From Amphiscolops sp. MND2022 (taxonomy: Eukaryota): a stretch of 64,000 nt of DNA. Below the pieces are notes generated by a model. That model saw only the letters and a list, made by a program, of their open reading frames with translations. It searched no databases and had not been told where the DNA came from. This document shows positions 1 through 13,794 of this stretch, in pieces (the first letter of the stretch is position 1; every line of letters begins with the position of its first letter). The stretch covers positions 89,342,001 through 89,406,000 of the forward strand of contig OZ076410.1 in NCBI GenBank assembly GCA_964187785.1, written 5' to 3'. Position numbers and translations under genes: made by a program.

Positions 1-1632
1 TCCACACCATAGATACAATCTCCGAAACCTCCCTTCACGCCGGCTTAGTAGAGATACTTCGACACCTAATTTCTCTGCTCTTTCAAGTAATTCTGTATTA
101 CGACTCGCAAGACAACACGCACAACCTTTATCTTCTGATACACACTCTTCGGAACTTGTTCCTCGATCATATCTTACATCTGGTCTTAAAGCCGTTTCAT
201 TACTATCGTCAGATGCTCAAACAACTGCATTCCTTTCAGGAAACATTTTTCTGAAGTTATAATTCCTACTCCTGCACAGAGTAGACTACCTGAATATTAC
301 ACAGCAGATCATTCCAGACCTCCAACTCCTAACTTTGCAGACTACCCTTTGCAGATTCTAGTTGACGTAATTACTATGTACGACCCAAAAAACGATCCAA
401 CTACATCAAACGTATCAAACTACATGACAACTCGTTCAAAAAGATAATTAAAACCCATCAAACTGACAAACCTAGTGACAGATTACGACACCCATCTCAA
501 AACCAATCTTATTTACCTCCTCCTCCAATAGATAGAACTACCAAAACTCATTATAAACTGAGACACACCAATCAAAAGTGGATTATAGACTTTTTATACC
601 ACCCTCAAAACTTTGAAACCAATCATTCACTATACTGGCTCAATGAAAACTGGTCAATGAAAATTGATAAAACTGTCGAAACTGTGAATTTAGTCTATGT
701 ATAAAAAATAAAGTACACACTATTATTCTGGATGCTTCTTCTGATACATCTCCTTCTGCTCCAAGTCTATCTAATATTACTGAATCTCAAACCACTACTA
801 CAACTCAAACTCAAAATGTAACCCCTATAACTCCTTCCAAAAGACCAAGATCCAAATTACTGATACATCTTCAACTACTACAAGTAGACCACCCATAACT
901 GAAATCCCTATTACCCTCGTTCTCAACCATCACCAGTTAATACTCCTTTGGTATATATACCAAACCCAGAATATGTTGAACGTAGCGTGCATTACAAACA
1001 ACCTACAGCTATTAAAACTGTTAGACTTCAACCTAAACTAAATCTTGTACACATCCCTGATACTGAATATACACAACTACCTCCATTATAATTACCATCA
1101 GAAAGAAGTAACAATTCTTCCGAAATATATCCTCAACTAAAACCTCTTAGAAAGTCATCTAGATCACTATCAAACCTTTTAGATAATACGTCTGACTATT
1201 TACCATCACAAGAATCTTCAAGTTCACTTTTTGTTCCACATCATAGATATAATCTCCGAAACTTCCCTTCACGCCGGCTTAGTAGAGATACTTCGACACC
1301 TAATTTCTCTGCTCTTTCAAGTAATTCTGTATTACGACTCGCAAGACAACACGCACAACCTTTATCTTCTGATACACACTCTTCGGAACTTGTTCCTCGA
1401 TCATATCTTACATCTGGTCTTAAAGCCGTTTCATTACTATCGTCAGATGCTCAAACAACTGCATTCCTTTCAGGAAACATTTTTCTGAAGTTATAATTCC
1501 TACTCCTGCACATAGTAGACTACCTGAATATTACACTGCAGATCATTCCAGACCTCCAACTCCTAACTTTGCAGACTACCCTTTGCAGATTCTAGTTGAC
1601 GTAATTACTATGTACGACCCAAAAAACGATCC
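1..1632 (+). repeat. Direct duplication, 1-398 repeated at 1235-1632 (offset 1234)
   Basis: Near-identical text from TCCACA(C/T)CATAGATA to AAAAACGATCC in both copies; they diverge after 398/1632. Confidence 0.95.
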
Positions 1633-2070
1633 CCGTTTCCCAATTCGTACAGAACGCTTTATTACAAATAACGATCTACTCCCTGACAAAAATAAAGAAA
1701 CAGAACTTAAAAGACTCCAGACTTCTAACCTAGAACTACTGTTTGAAGTTAAATCACATTTCAAGGTTTAAACCCACATCCAGTGTTTCACGTTGCAAAA
1801 ATAAAACACAAAGATACCCCTACTCCTTTCGAAATTGTACATATTGATCTTGAACGAGATCCTCAACTTCCCACTTCAACATATGGCAAGATTGTATTTC
1901 ATATCCCATACTCTGGTCTTAAATAGACAACCTCCTTATAAACTCTATACCTTCATCTATATAACAGATATATTACTCCATTCATTCATCCTAACTTTCA
2001 CATCTACTATACCGATAACACCACCTAATACAGAAAACTCCCATCAGACTATCCAAGTATTACAAATCTT

Positions 2071-4058
2071 ATGGTTTCTCACTATGATTGTAAAAAACAA
2101 TATAATCTGAGACAATTCAATTTATTAAAAGTGAAACAATGTACAGAAGATCCTTCAAACATCCAATACGCTAGTGTTAAAGCCCGAGTCTATGTTAGAG
2201 CAAAAGCTAAACGCATTAAAGCTTACAAATTTGTTGCTTATACCGACAAGGAAAAAAGATTCGTTTCCAAGGCTCAGTTAAATATCGACGTGTGGATCGA
2301 ACTGTATGGAACCATAACACTATGCCACTTCCTGTTACACTTGATTCTTCAGAATGTAAAAATATTATTAGACATCTCAACGGTACAAACAATAAAACCT
2401 AAACGAATTACATTACAAAAAACTTTTACACTTTTGGAAGATCACTACTTCCAAGAACGATTAGAACAATATCGGACTCCTTTTACAGTACATCAACTCA
2501 ATAAAATGTACACAGGCACTTTTACTTTTTTGCTGCCTGCAGATAAAGATTGGATATATGACCCAACAAGAAAGCCTTATTACAACTGTCCTGCTAATCA
2601 TCAATTCTAAGTCAACCTAGTTAGTTGGCGATTAGAAGTTTCTGAAATAGAACTTACATATGACGATACAGAAAACGTTATTATAAAGGCTGGACATGCT
2701 CTTCCATGCTACTTTGTAGATTGTTTTTGCAAACCAACAACTAAATCTCCTTTCACTCTCGTTTGTTTTAGCAATGATTTTTGCCTAATCTTTACATTAC
2801 AAGACTTGGACGAATGACAAAAATTGAAGATCGATATTGGATTGGAACAGATTCTTTTGTACATTCATCACATTCGACAAAACATGATGCAACATCTGGC
2901 ATTAAAGGTACAGCACACCTTTATGTACATGCTCCACATACACAAAACCCAAATAATCCTAGTTATTCACGTTTTGAAGTATATCCAAATGCTCAAACTT
3001 TCTGTGGTAAACCTGACCCTCTTTATTCTACACAATACTCTGATCTTTTTGTAACAGATACAGATGGTTTCAACATGCATACAGGACAACCAAATCCTCA
3101 ATCTATGATTAACGAAAATATTTCTGGTAAAATTGTATTAGGCAATTCTAACACCAAATTTATATTTCCTGCATTAAACGTTTCAAATAACTTTGCTACA
3201 ATTGATTACGATGCACATGTAATTACAAAAATTGACTACACTATAAACCATGTTTTTCGCTCTGTGACAGTACAAGAATTGAACACTCTTCATACAGTTT
3301 GTGAACTAGAACGAAATCAACTCCTTACAATACTTGCAATGTCAGTACAAAACCCTCAACTTGCTGGATTCCTTATAACAGGAAATCGTAGTTACTTCCT
3401 ATACGTTGAAGGCTCAACTGCCTGGCTTTACGATTGTCCACACGTTTTTTCTCCTTTATACAAAGCTGATCGATGCTTTGATTGTATACCTATACATTTT
3501 AAAGATACTCTGATGAACGTAGACCCAATTACAAGACAGACTTATAACTGTGCTGCTCCTATTGCATGTGATAATAATCCAAGAAACATTATTGAACTAG
3601 ACACTGATTCTGATGATCAAGATTTTTACATTCTTTTACCAGAACCTATTAAACGAAAACCACCACTTATGTTTACACCTTCTCAAATTAAAACTACAAT
3701 ACGACCTAATATTTTCACAGCCCAAGGTGCTGGCATGTTTTCTAATGCTGAACTTGATCAATTTTGGAACAGAATTTTAATTGCAAAACATTCTGACTCC
3801 ACACTTCAACTCTTAGGAAAAGCTCTTAGTTATTCTTTCATTTCATCTGATACACCTAACTATGATGCAAATTCACCTCATGAAAATCCTTACAATACAT
3901 TACGCATTGGTTTACATGACAAACTAATATTTCTAACTCCTCTTTTCACACCTACATGGTTTTCAGATGCTTTTATTGCACTGTTTGGATACCCATGTTA
4001 CATTTTAACTCAATGTGGAATATATTTTTCTCAATTTTTTCTATACAAGCAACCCTAA
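2071..4058 (+). pseudogene. env: Envelope glycoprotein (class III, chuvirus-G/gB-like), frameshifted
   Basis: ORFs 2071-2610 and 2781-4058 align by eye with the 42658 env: VSHYDC..FNLLKVKQC vs VTHFDC..YALNQVEQC, and CELERNQLLTILAMSVQNPQLAGFLITGNRS..WLYDCP..VDPITRQTY vs CEQERTQILTILMLSMENPRLAGYMLTGNRS..WLYHCP..VDPITRQTY. Confidence 0.85.
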
Positions 4059-5223
4059 CAATGATTATAAAACTATATATAACAGTTTCAATTAAATACA
4101 ATTTTTAACAAAATGTTACTATATTTAGATCAATAGCACATGGATTTTTTAACATTCTCACAGCTGAAATTGTGAACGACTTTACTGATACTCATCCTAA
4201 GAAACCCAAATTAGCACCCCAAACTTCCCCAAAGTCTTTGACACATGTGACTGACAACCCACTAGATGACTTCTCTGAAAACCAAACAAATTCAATTAAT
4301 AACCCAACTGGTATTACTTCCCCTCCACATGGTTATACAAAACGTCCAAATAGACTTCACATGACATGATTCAAATTATTTCCAAAAAGGAAAAAATTTC
4401 ATCAACCCAAAACTCATCATAGAACTTTCACACTTCATTCCTCATCAGTGCAACACCCAATTTTACCTAATTACTCAAATGTCAATACAACTCCAAATGA
4501 CATTATCGTTGATATCACTACTGTCATTGATGACACTGACAGCCCTATCAAAGTATATGCCAAAACAAATTACCCTTTTCCTCCACCATCTTTTTAAACT
4601 CAATTCATTCTGCTTCCACTTCTCCTATAGAACCCTTGCCTGCCAAATCCAACTCTTTTCTCACTTGAAAAACTCTTCAAAATTGAGCTCCTTTCTCCGC
4701 CTCAAACAACTTCAGTTGTCGAAAATAGAATACACCGTCCACATAATCCTTCATTAAAAGTTCGCGTGTTAACACAAACGCCTACTAAAGTCGATAAAGC
4801 TACTCGTTAGTGTAACTTTCTTTTTATTACAAAATTTTCACAATGACACAAGCACAACTCGATCTTCAAAAACAACTAGATTAAACTTCTTCTGATCTTA
4901 CTACACAACCTCTCTTTAATGATTCTCCTCTTCTGTTTCTTGAACCTATTGATGAAGTAAACGCTCATTCTTCAGAACAAAGTGAACAAACTGAACATAC
5001 CACTTCTTCCAAAGTTCACACTCTTCCTGATAATATACATGAAAAACCACCACCACCGAAAAAAACGCTACGAAATTATGAAAGATCCTGTCTTTCTCTC
5101 TTCACCCATATCTCCTCCTACCTTACCTTCTAAACCTTCACTTTCTACAAACGATGATGATCACTTGAACTACTTCTCTCGTAAGATAATTTCACGTTTA
5201 AAGCACAACTGACTTCTGTCCAT

Positions 5224-5991
5224 ATGCATCCTACTGACTATACATTCCGTCTATATGACAAAAATCAAGATTTTTTCACATCCATTGCTTCCAAAATATT
5301 CTCTCTATACCAATACTGGCTTGACAATGAAGGAGTAAAAATCTTCTTTCTACAGTTCAATTTTCTACGCCCATCAAAATATGATTTAAAACGGACGAAT
5401 CTGATCATTCTTTCTCTCAGTTTCACAAAAGCTTCTCATCATGAAACATACACTAATTTTCTATAGCACACCAAACCACAGAACTACATTTTTGTTAATT
5501 ACAATAACACTTCACCATACACAATGACAAATTTATACACAATAGACCGACCTCGCTTAACAGGCTATCTTCGTCACTATGATCCTATAAAACAATCTTT
5601 CTGTCTACTTCCTTACAATGTCACATCACGCCCATTTATTTTACCTCAAGAATATCTCTTACACTTCGATGATTTTTTGTTGCCTTGCAACGTGCCTACT
5701 CAAATTGTGAAACCTCTCACAGTTATAAAACATCTTGTTTATTCTCCACTCGATAATAAAGACAAATTTATTATTTCGTTCTTGCTAAACAATCACAATC
5801 CTTTAACGAATTGCTCTTTATTGCTGCCAAAAATCATTTCATATATGGTAAAAACAGAGCACAAAGCAGAACATAAACCGCCTCCTATTGAACATATATC
5901 ACCTACTCGCAACACTTGTGAAAAGTTTTCATCAGTACTCAATAAACGTACTCTTCGCGATAGAACACACCTATTGGACCCGTACAACTGA
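5224..5991 (+). CDS. Family C post-env accessory ORFs (80 aa and 155 aa), unknown function
   Basis: ATG-started ORFs 5224-5466 and 5524-5991 downstream of env, with protein-like composition and no recognised domain. Confidence 0.35.
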
Positions 5992-8900
5992 AACTCCACT
6001 GAATCTCTTATCACCACTCTCACACATTTAATACACTGATATGACAGAACACACAAACTCCTACAATCACTCGACTTAGATTCACAATGTATCACACAAT
6101 CATCACAAGCAATACAATCTGATCTTGAATCTATGACTACTTTTTTTTAACTCAACTAATCTTCATTAAATCTTTACACAAGGTAATAAAATTTCTCTAA
6201 GGGTTTTCTCACAAGGTAATTCCTATGGAACACTATTTGTCACTAATGTTTTGATCTTCAATACAGGTAATATTTTTGTACCTTTTTATCTGAATCTTTC
6301 CCCAGTTCATATATGAAACTTTTTCTTAAAACTTATGGTAAATATGTCCTTCTCTTTCATACATACACTTGTCTACTCTTTGAACTTCTGATACATGCAT
6401 TGTTTTTCTCTTATACTACACTTAAAGCCTTCTGGATTGAAGGATTGAAAACATAAAATACAAGAAATTAGACATTTTTATGGGGATTAAAAACATATAG
6501 AATACAAGAATTTAGCACCCAATTATGATACTATATAGTACCAAACCGTATAGCACACATGTTGAACAACGCATGCTGAAAATTTGTTGACAATTTCCTC
6601 AGAACTTCTCTGTTTTAAAAACATCTCTTCTTCCTTCTCTTTCCTCTTTCCCCATTTGGCTGAATCCGTTCACTGTGACCTCCCACTACCAGGACTTCTC
6701 GCAGACTCCACCAACTGTTGTCACATCATCGTATTACCAAAATTCTCAGCATAGCTCCTCTTCAGGACCCTAAAGAAAAAACAAAAATTTCTCTCCTCTA
6801 CGAAAGCCAATAGCCTAAAAGCCGCAATCTTTCGCACCATTGCTTTAAAAATGTCTCTCGAGATTAATAATGATAAAGTCACGATACCTACAAAAAGATC
6901 TTTTCTCAAGGACTTATATAATGTCTGCAAAGTAAAAAAAAGAAGCACATTAATTTTGAACAATATGCTCGCATCCACCTCGATGGACCCAAGATAGCAT
7001 TTTGCGAAACCGTATGGGACACGGTTTTCCTATTAAATGCTTCCTTTACAACTAAAGATAAATATTTTTGTGCTGCGGTCGATGAAGCTTGCGAAGCTTT
7101 TAACAAAATGATGCAAGACTTCTGGTATACACAAAACTAGAAATCTACGACCCACATAAGCATCAAACTCATCCTCCTCAACAACATCCACTATACTAAC
7201 TTTGAATGCAAACTCTCTTCACTTTGCAATCTCTCTTCATTTCACTACTTGACAGTTCTTCATCTCTCTTCAATGAACGTAATCGAAATAAAACTTCTCT
7301 ACTTCTCTTCCAAATCTCCACACAAACAATTTTCTTCACTGCGTTGCAGCACCTTTTTCTCTTCGATTGGTCATCATCATCCATCGTCTTCACTGGCCCC
7401 ATCTTCTTCGCTCGCCCACCCACCCTTTGAACTGGTCTCCAACACTTTGCCGCTCTCAACTGCTTCAACTGGTCTTCAACACTTCGCGACTTGACAACCC
7501 ACTGGTCTTCACTGCTTCAACTGGTCCTCTGGTCACTGGACTGATCATTTGCAACCCAGAATTGAAGTACAATATTTCAAAGTCAACTGAGATTCAACTC
7601 CACTTATTGCAAAAACAACTTGACTTGTATCTTTTTTACTTGTATTACTCGCGTAATCTCAAAATTAGCATCTTTTGTAATCGTAATTATAATCGTATAG
7701 CCCCAATAACTAGTGTTTTTGTATCCTCCTAATAAATGTAGTATAACTACCTTGTAACCACAAAATTTGTCTCTACAATTATTTATAATTACCCATATTT
7801 TCTTCAGTATGATACAACTCTATAATACAACTATTATTCATTTTTCTTATATAGTACAAAAGTCTTTCTTATGGAACAAAAATTTTGCTAAGATTTCTTT
7901 ACAGAACACAAAAAGCTTTTCTTTGAAACATGTGAAAGAATCTTTTAATCATTTTAACTTTCACTCAACAAATGTGGAAAAATTTTTTTCTCAATATCTT
8001 TTGGTACAACAACTTTTCAAACGTTTGAAACATTTCAAATGTAGACCAAATTCTTCGCATCCGCTTGCTAGTCACTTTTGTGGAAAATGAACTTGAACTA
8101 GAACCTAGACTTTCCAAAACTTCTTCACTTTTGGTTCAAAAACCCGCCACTGTTTGTTCACAACTCATTGACACCTTCATAGAATCTCTCTTCAACTCGA
8201 AAAAGTTTTGAACTCCGAAAAACTCGTGTTGAAACACACAAATTTTTCAAACAAGCTGATGGCAGATACAAAAATTAGCACATAGTAGTAAACAATTTGT
8301 CAAACAAAAACTCGAACACAACTGTCAGTCACCTCAAACTGAAATTTTTGCACCAATTCAAACCGTCACTCACATAAGAAGTCAAATCGTCATAGGTTTT
8401 TCTCACTTCTCAAGTATGGTACACTTTGGAACAAAACCCTTGCATACCACATCTGGAACTCATGCATACAACATCTGAAATAAACACTTTTAAAGAACTC
8501 CTCAATTACAAAATGCAGATACATGATTTTAATTTTCAAAAATTCCCGGTTGATTGTGATGCCATGATGCATGTCCTCAAGAAGTTTCAAATGTGTATCT
8601 AACTTTGAAAGCCACCAACTTTTCTAAAGACAGATGTCACTTCAATTCGAAGTCTATTAGACTGCTGACACCCGAAGATAACTTCATTAATACTTAATCA
8701 ACATCTTGGGATAACCTAATTACTAACCCATCTTGCTGTTGTCACTTTAGATTGTTTAGCTTGACAATTTGATTAGTATAATCATTGATAAAATTGTAGA
8801 ATATATCTACTCAGAGAAAATAGACTATGATCTGAAGAACAGTCTTCCCTTAGGAGAAAGACCTAACTGAGATCTCAGAGATACTTGAAAATAGAAATAG

Positions 8901-9363
8901 CTAGCTAGTTTGACTCGGTACCTTAGACGACTTTGCTGTTAAGAATTTTAGACTTCTTATGTGCTCGATAAAAGAACTAAGAGCAATAACAACACACATT
9001 TTTAACAGCTCACAAGACGTTTACAAAGAATGTTTCCAGTAAAAACAAATTTGAAAAACTATGTTGGTTGACAGCTGTCTAAGTTTTACATCTATTCTGT
9101 TTGCAGCGTGCACAAATCAGTGGAGACATGACACAATCGCATGAAGTTCGGTGTATGTTTATCTTGAAGAGTTTCAACAATTCCAATTTTTATCCCTGTC
9201 AGTTTTTTAACGGTCGCTAAACTCATTCAGGGCACTTTTCGTCACTTCTCATGTAAACTTTGGGCTAGCATGTGTTCGTTTACCTTTGAAAAGGTGGATT
9301 TTCCAACGCGCTGCACTCTGGGCACGGAAATTTTTAGTGTCCGATTTTTTGACGTAAGTTTAC

Positions 9364-9799
9364 CTGTGGTATATTCGTTGAGGACCATTCGAAGAAGCGC
9401 CAATAGACACCCGGGCACCCCTCCAATCCTGGATAAGGTAAACTCCATGGATCTTACCGAAAGGCCATCGTTTCGAAACATAAATACTTCCTTCTTCACA
9501 TTCCGATAACTCACAATCTCGAACACAAAATTGGCCATTCCAGGTCCAATTATGTCGACAACAGCTTGCAACGCCAACGGGAAGAACTTCAAGTCGCGGA
9601 ATCCTTTGTTTGTGGCAAGGAACAACACCAGAAGTGAGTTCAGAAAGACGCAAAGTGCACTCAGCAACAGGGAGCTGTAATGCTTGACCACAAAAACGGT
9701 CCCCACTGAGTCATCCCATAAATATTTCACTTCCTTTTCAAAGTATACAAAATCACTATAGAAATGCGAAAAGACATGTGGATTTTCTGTCAGTGCCAT
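9364..9799 (-). CDS. First coding exon of a rhodopsin-like (class A) GPCR, TM1-TM3; probable host gene
   Basis: TM1 SLLLSALCVFLNSLLVLFLA (conserved N), TM2 FPLALQAVVDIIG (LxxxxxD), TM3 start GCLLALLRMVLNE (conserved C). The ORF passes a donor ACA G|GTAAAC at 9364/9363, after which similarity is lost. Confidence 0.65.
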
Positions 9800-10439
9800 T
9801 TTGGATGATTTTCCTCCTTCTTCTGAACTTTTCATCAATCAAACCTACACAAAACAAGTTTCTGATAAAGAGCAATTTGATGAAGATGTGCAGAAGTTTT
9901 TAATCTTCTATATCTTTTATATCGGTGGTCTTTCTTTGAGCGAAGCTCTGCATTGTAAGAAGTACGGTGGTTTTTTCCATAAAGTAACATGGATCCGATT
10001 ACGTGAGGAATTCTAGGAGTGAATTAAATTTTACAAAGGCAACAAAGATGAGTCTTATATTGACTTATATTGACAAAAACGTATGTGTTGTTATGAGATG
10101 AAGGTGTCATTCAGTGTTCATGGAGATTCGGTAGTTAAAACAAGTAGCATTTTCATAGAAAGGTTAAGGGCGGGAAATACTATGGATTGAGTGGAAATAT
10201 GTATACTTTGTGATGAATTAGGTTAAAATTAGAGTTTTGGCAACTTTGATTGTATAAATATAAGAGAAGAATCAGTTCTCTTTTAGCTTTGCGTATTATA
10301 TGTTTGACTTTATTCCGATACTATTTGTAGTTGTTTTTATGGTCATCACATGGATTGTCAATCCACTTTTGATACAGTTGGTCTCGTTAAAGCAGTGCTA
10401 TATTATTGACTTTGCTATCCATTGATTATCATTTTTGTG

Positions 10440-12270
10440 CAAAATCAGTTGTTCCGGGGCAAACTTATCGACACATAACATTCTTGATTCAGATATTCGA
10501 GCGTGGAAGTCATCAGCGGGGGAGTCCAACGATATCCTGTCGAGATTCTGATTGAGGAGAAATAAATTTTGAACGTTCTATTCCGTTGAAATGATTTCAA
10601 ATTTCTTACGACTAGTTTTTCACAGGTCTTTTTAAGTCTTCCGTTCTTCGGAAATGTTACTAACACGCTGTAGTGGTCACTAACTATTTTTTAAAGGTTT
10701 CTATCAGAATTTCATTCTGTGATACCATTTGATCAACACAAGTTTTAGACTTAGAGACTTAGGTGTGACTCAACATCTTAGTGAGTCATAAGCACCCAAA
10801 AATGATACAATATTTTAATGATCTCACAATCTGTTTTTAGAGTATGAATTTTGAAATCCCTAAAAAGTATTGATTCTTGATTGAAAGAGATTATAAAATG
10901 CAGAACTTCTTCACTTTTTGAGAAAAATTGGATACTTCTCACTGTCTCTGGTCTGTAGACAACGCAAACTAATTTTACATTGTCCTCATTGAATTGTATT
11001 TCCAAAAGTTTGCATTCTATGTCAGTGGCAAAGGAAACAGGCCTACACTCGATACTTATTTGAAAAAAGTGAGAAAATTTGTACAGACGGTACTACACAG
11101 CATGATAATCCGACTGTCCGGAACTTGCCTCTAGTATGTGATCTGCCTGGTTCTAGCAAGTCCAACATGAAATCAGAAGGCTTGTATGAAGAAAATATAT
11201 CATGAAAGACGGGACCATAAAAATGGGCAAACAAATAGAGTTGGAGTTCGATTTAGGATACCGTTTGAGAATATGGAGTCTCTTTCAAAGTTTTAAGTAG
11301 AGGTGATTGGTTAAATTATTGTAATTATTTATTATTAATATTAATTATATAATTAATAATTTATTATTATTAAATTAACTCTGATTTTTTCAAGAGTTGT
11401 TCGTTTTTCCAGTTGTTCTTTTGTCAATGTTTCTTTTTACCTTATGTGGATTTCGGGCAAAAGTTGTCATCGGCTTAGAGTTAGTGTGATAGAGACGGGG
11501 GTAAGATTAGCAGATAAGAAGTCTCTGGAATCAGAGCCAATTTAAAACGAATGTAAGAAATAAAAATTTTGCAGGTTTTAAAAATTTAGCGTTAGTTCAT
11601 CATGTTGAAGAACATTTGTTTTCAAGTTTCTTTTCGTTTGCTTCTAGCGGTGTTCGTTTGGGAAGTGACCTTGATTGACAGACGTGAGTGGAACAGGAGA
11701 AGATCATTTCATACAAGGCTTTTACAATTGTGAAGCAGGATGAAAGTGACAAAGAGTCTTAGCTTTCATGTCACCTAAGGATTGGTCTTTGTGTTTTTTT
11801 TATATATACACTTTTACACTTCAACATAATAAAGGGTTCCATGGTTGTAAATACTTCACTCAAAACGGCAGCGTGACAAAATTGGGTGTTGAAGGTCATC
11901 GTTAGTCAAAATTTGCTCAAAATGAGTTCAAAATAAGTAAGCAAATGTTTTAGCTAGAAGACTTGAAAAATTGTAGGAGTTGGTTTTAGAACCGACGTTA
12001 TAGAGAAGTTTTTTCAGAGAAAACACTACGAGAAGTTGTAATACAGGCGAAAGCACCATAATGGAAGGTATCGAGCTCGGTAAAACGGACAGGGTAGTGT
12101 TCAAATTCAAGGGGGTGTTTTTTAATATCTTCAGGCAATGATATTTCATTTTCAATGGCAATTAGTTGAGGATTATTTGTACCACAATGGTTTGTGTTTG
12201 CATGTTTAGATTTAGGAGGGTGTAGCGTTCCATGGAACATTGATGGTAATCCGTGCGATTATGGCGACGA
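10440..12270 (-). other. Degenerate minus-strand ORF remnants, probably a retroelement accessory region
   Basis: Several 60-80 aa ORF fragments (10445-10666, 10778-11005, 11043-11234, 11928-12240) abutting the truncated family B LTR; no domain recognised. Confidence 0.3.
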
Positions 12271-12271
12271 T

Positions 12272-13784
12272 ATTGTCGCAGGCGGCCGCCTGCGATGGCA
12301 ACTGGAACTCAATAGCCTACAATTACTACAACACTTTGCCCGGCTCGATCCCCCTTGATTAAGGAAGAATGGACACGCTGTCCAGGCGACAACAAACTGA
12401 AACTTATTTTGTGATTTGTAGTTATTTTTATATGATATATCAATATTCGGAGCTATGAAGTAATAACCTTCATGTATTTCAACTTCATGTATTCCGTTAC
12501 TGATTTTAAAACATGTAATTGCAGTGATATATTACGCATGTAAATACTTATTGAGTTGTTCGTAATTGGACACCAAGGCGTACAGGCAGAGGAAACGAGT
12601 TCGAATGGTTCCTCTCCTGTCGCCGCGAACAACCAGTCCGGATGGAATTTTAACCAATCACATTACAGCATTACACTGAGTGCTTTAATATCGTACTTCC
12701 AAGTAATGGACACTATGGCCAAATGCCGCTTACCTGTAAATATTAAACTATTAGTTGAGGCAATAGGACAAATTAGATTGCCAATTGATGGTGGTAGTAA
12801 TAGTCTTGATTTGAAGAACAGAATTATGTACAACCTGCCCTGTCAAAAAAGGTTCTACCACTAATCGCCCCCTTGTTTTCCTCGAAAGCCGTGTAGGCTT
12901 TGCTCTGATACTCCTGCCTGAATTACACATGTATCTGCCTAACATGAGATTGTTTTATGAATGAAACAAGTAGTGTTGCCATTTTGTTTATGAAAGTGCA
13001 ATTGTCCTTCAAGCACGTTAGTCGAATTAGATGGAAACGGCGACGCACCGCCTTTGAAGTCGCCAATAGGTCATTACGCCACGTTGTCTATAAATAGTTG
13101 ATGCTATATTTAGATTGGTTATTAACTATTTTTAGATCATGACATTAATATTTCTGATAGTCAGGCAAATGGTCCTAAATATAACCGGGACATGTGGACC
13201 GGAGGACACAATCCTTATATTTTTGCAGCCTATCAAATGAGCATTGTCGTTGTTTGCAAAGGCATATGGACATGATGTCCGACTTTCAAAATATAGACGT
13301 CATGCTAGGAAAAAAGAACATTAACACGATTGAGCGAGAACTTTCAAACGTAATTAGAAATACAGGAGACCACTTTGATACTGAATACAATCTCGAACCG
13401 GAAGAAAATGAAACTCGTGAAAACGATGTTGGACATTTTGTCCGCGAAACTGCAATCCCTGGACAAGATATGTTCCACGAAACAATGGAAACCTTTACCA
13501 GTGATTTCAATGTGAGACTCTCGCATGTAAGGGATTCAATGATAGCCATGATGCATAGCCAAATAAATAGGGCAATTAACACAGCAATGGCTGGAAGAGT
13601 AAGACCGGAGATTCAAAATATGGTCAGTTCATTGTCGTCCTCAGGGAATAGGGACAACGAGGCAAGTTCGTCCCCTAATAGTTAGAGAATACTGGGACGA
13701 ACAGTGGGTTTAAAAGTAAAACTACGAAAAAGCACCAATGGTCTGTCGGTGACTTAAGGGCCCCTACAGACAGTAGTCCTTACA
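12272..13784 (+). repeat. Family B 5' LTR (5'-truncated), including the gag N-terminal coding region
   Basis: Similar to ~25755-27331; ends ...CCTTACA immediately before TGGTGACAGG. Confidence 0.6.
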
Positions 13785-13794
13785 TGGTGACAGG
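13785..13794 (+). promoter_or_regulatory. Putative primer-binding site TGGTGACAGG (resembles a tRNA-Leu PBS, TGGTGTCAGG), lying inside gag
   Basis: TGG directly follows ACA; repeated at 27332; the junction matches where solo LTR D ends. Confidence 0.55.

Larger units (their letters stand above)
1..8700 (+). mobile_element. Degenerate env-bearing Ty3/Gypsy element, family C (3' part: post-integrase region, env, accessory ORFs); right boundary approximate
   Basis: The env remnant at 2071-4058 is homologous to the intact env at 42658. Upstream C/A-rich retroelement-like coding remnants and several short downstream ORFs. No LTR could be fixed with confidence. Confidence 0.7.

Noticed and set aside
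8740-9133. Possible TGTCA...TGACA LTR for family C
   Set aside because: No convincing PPT, second copy or TSD in the window.
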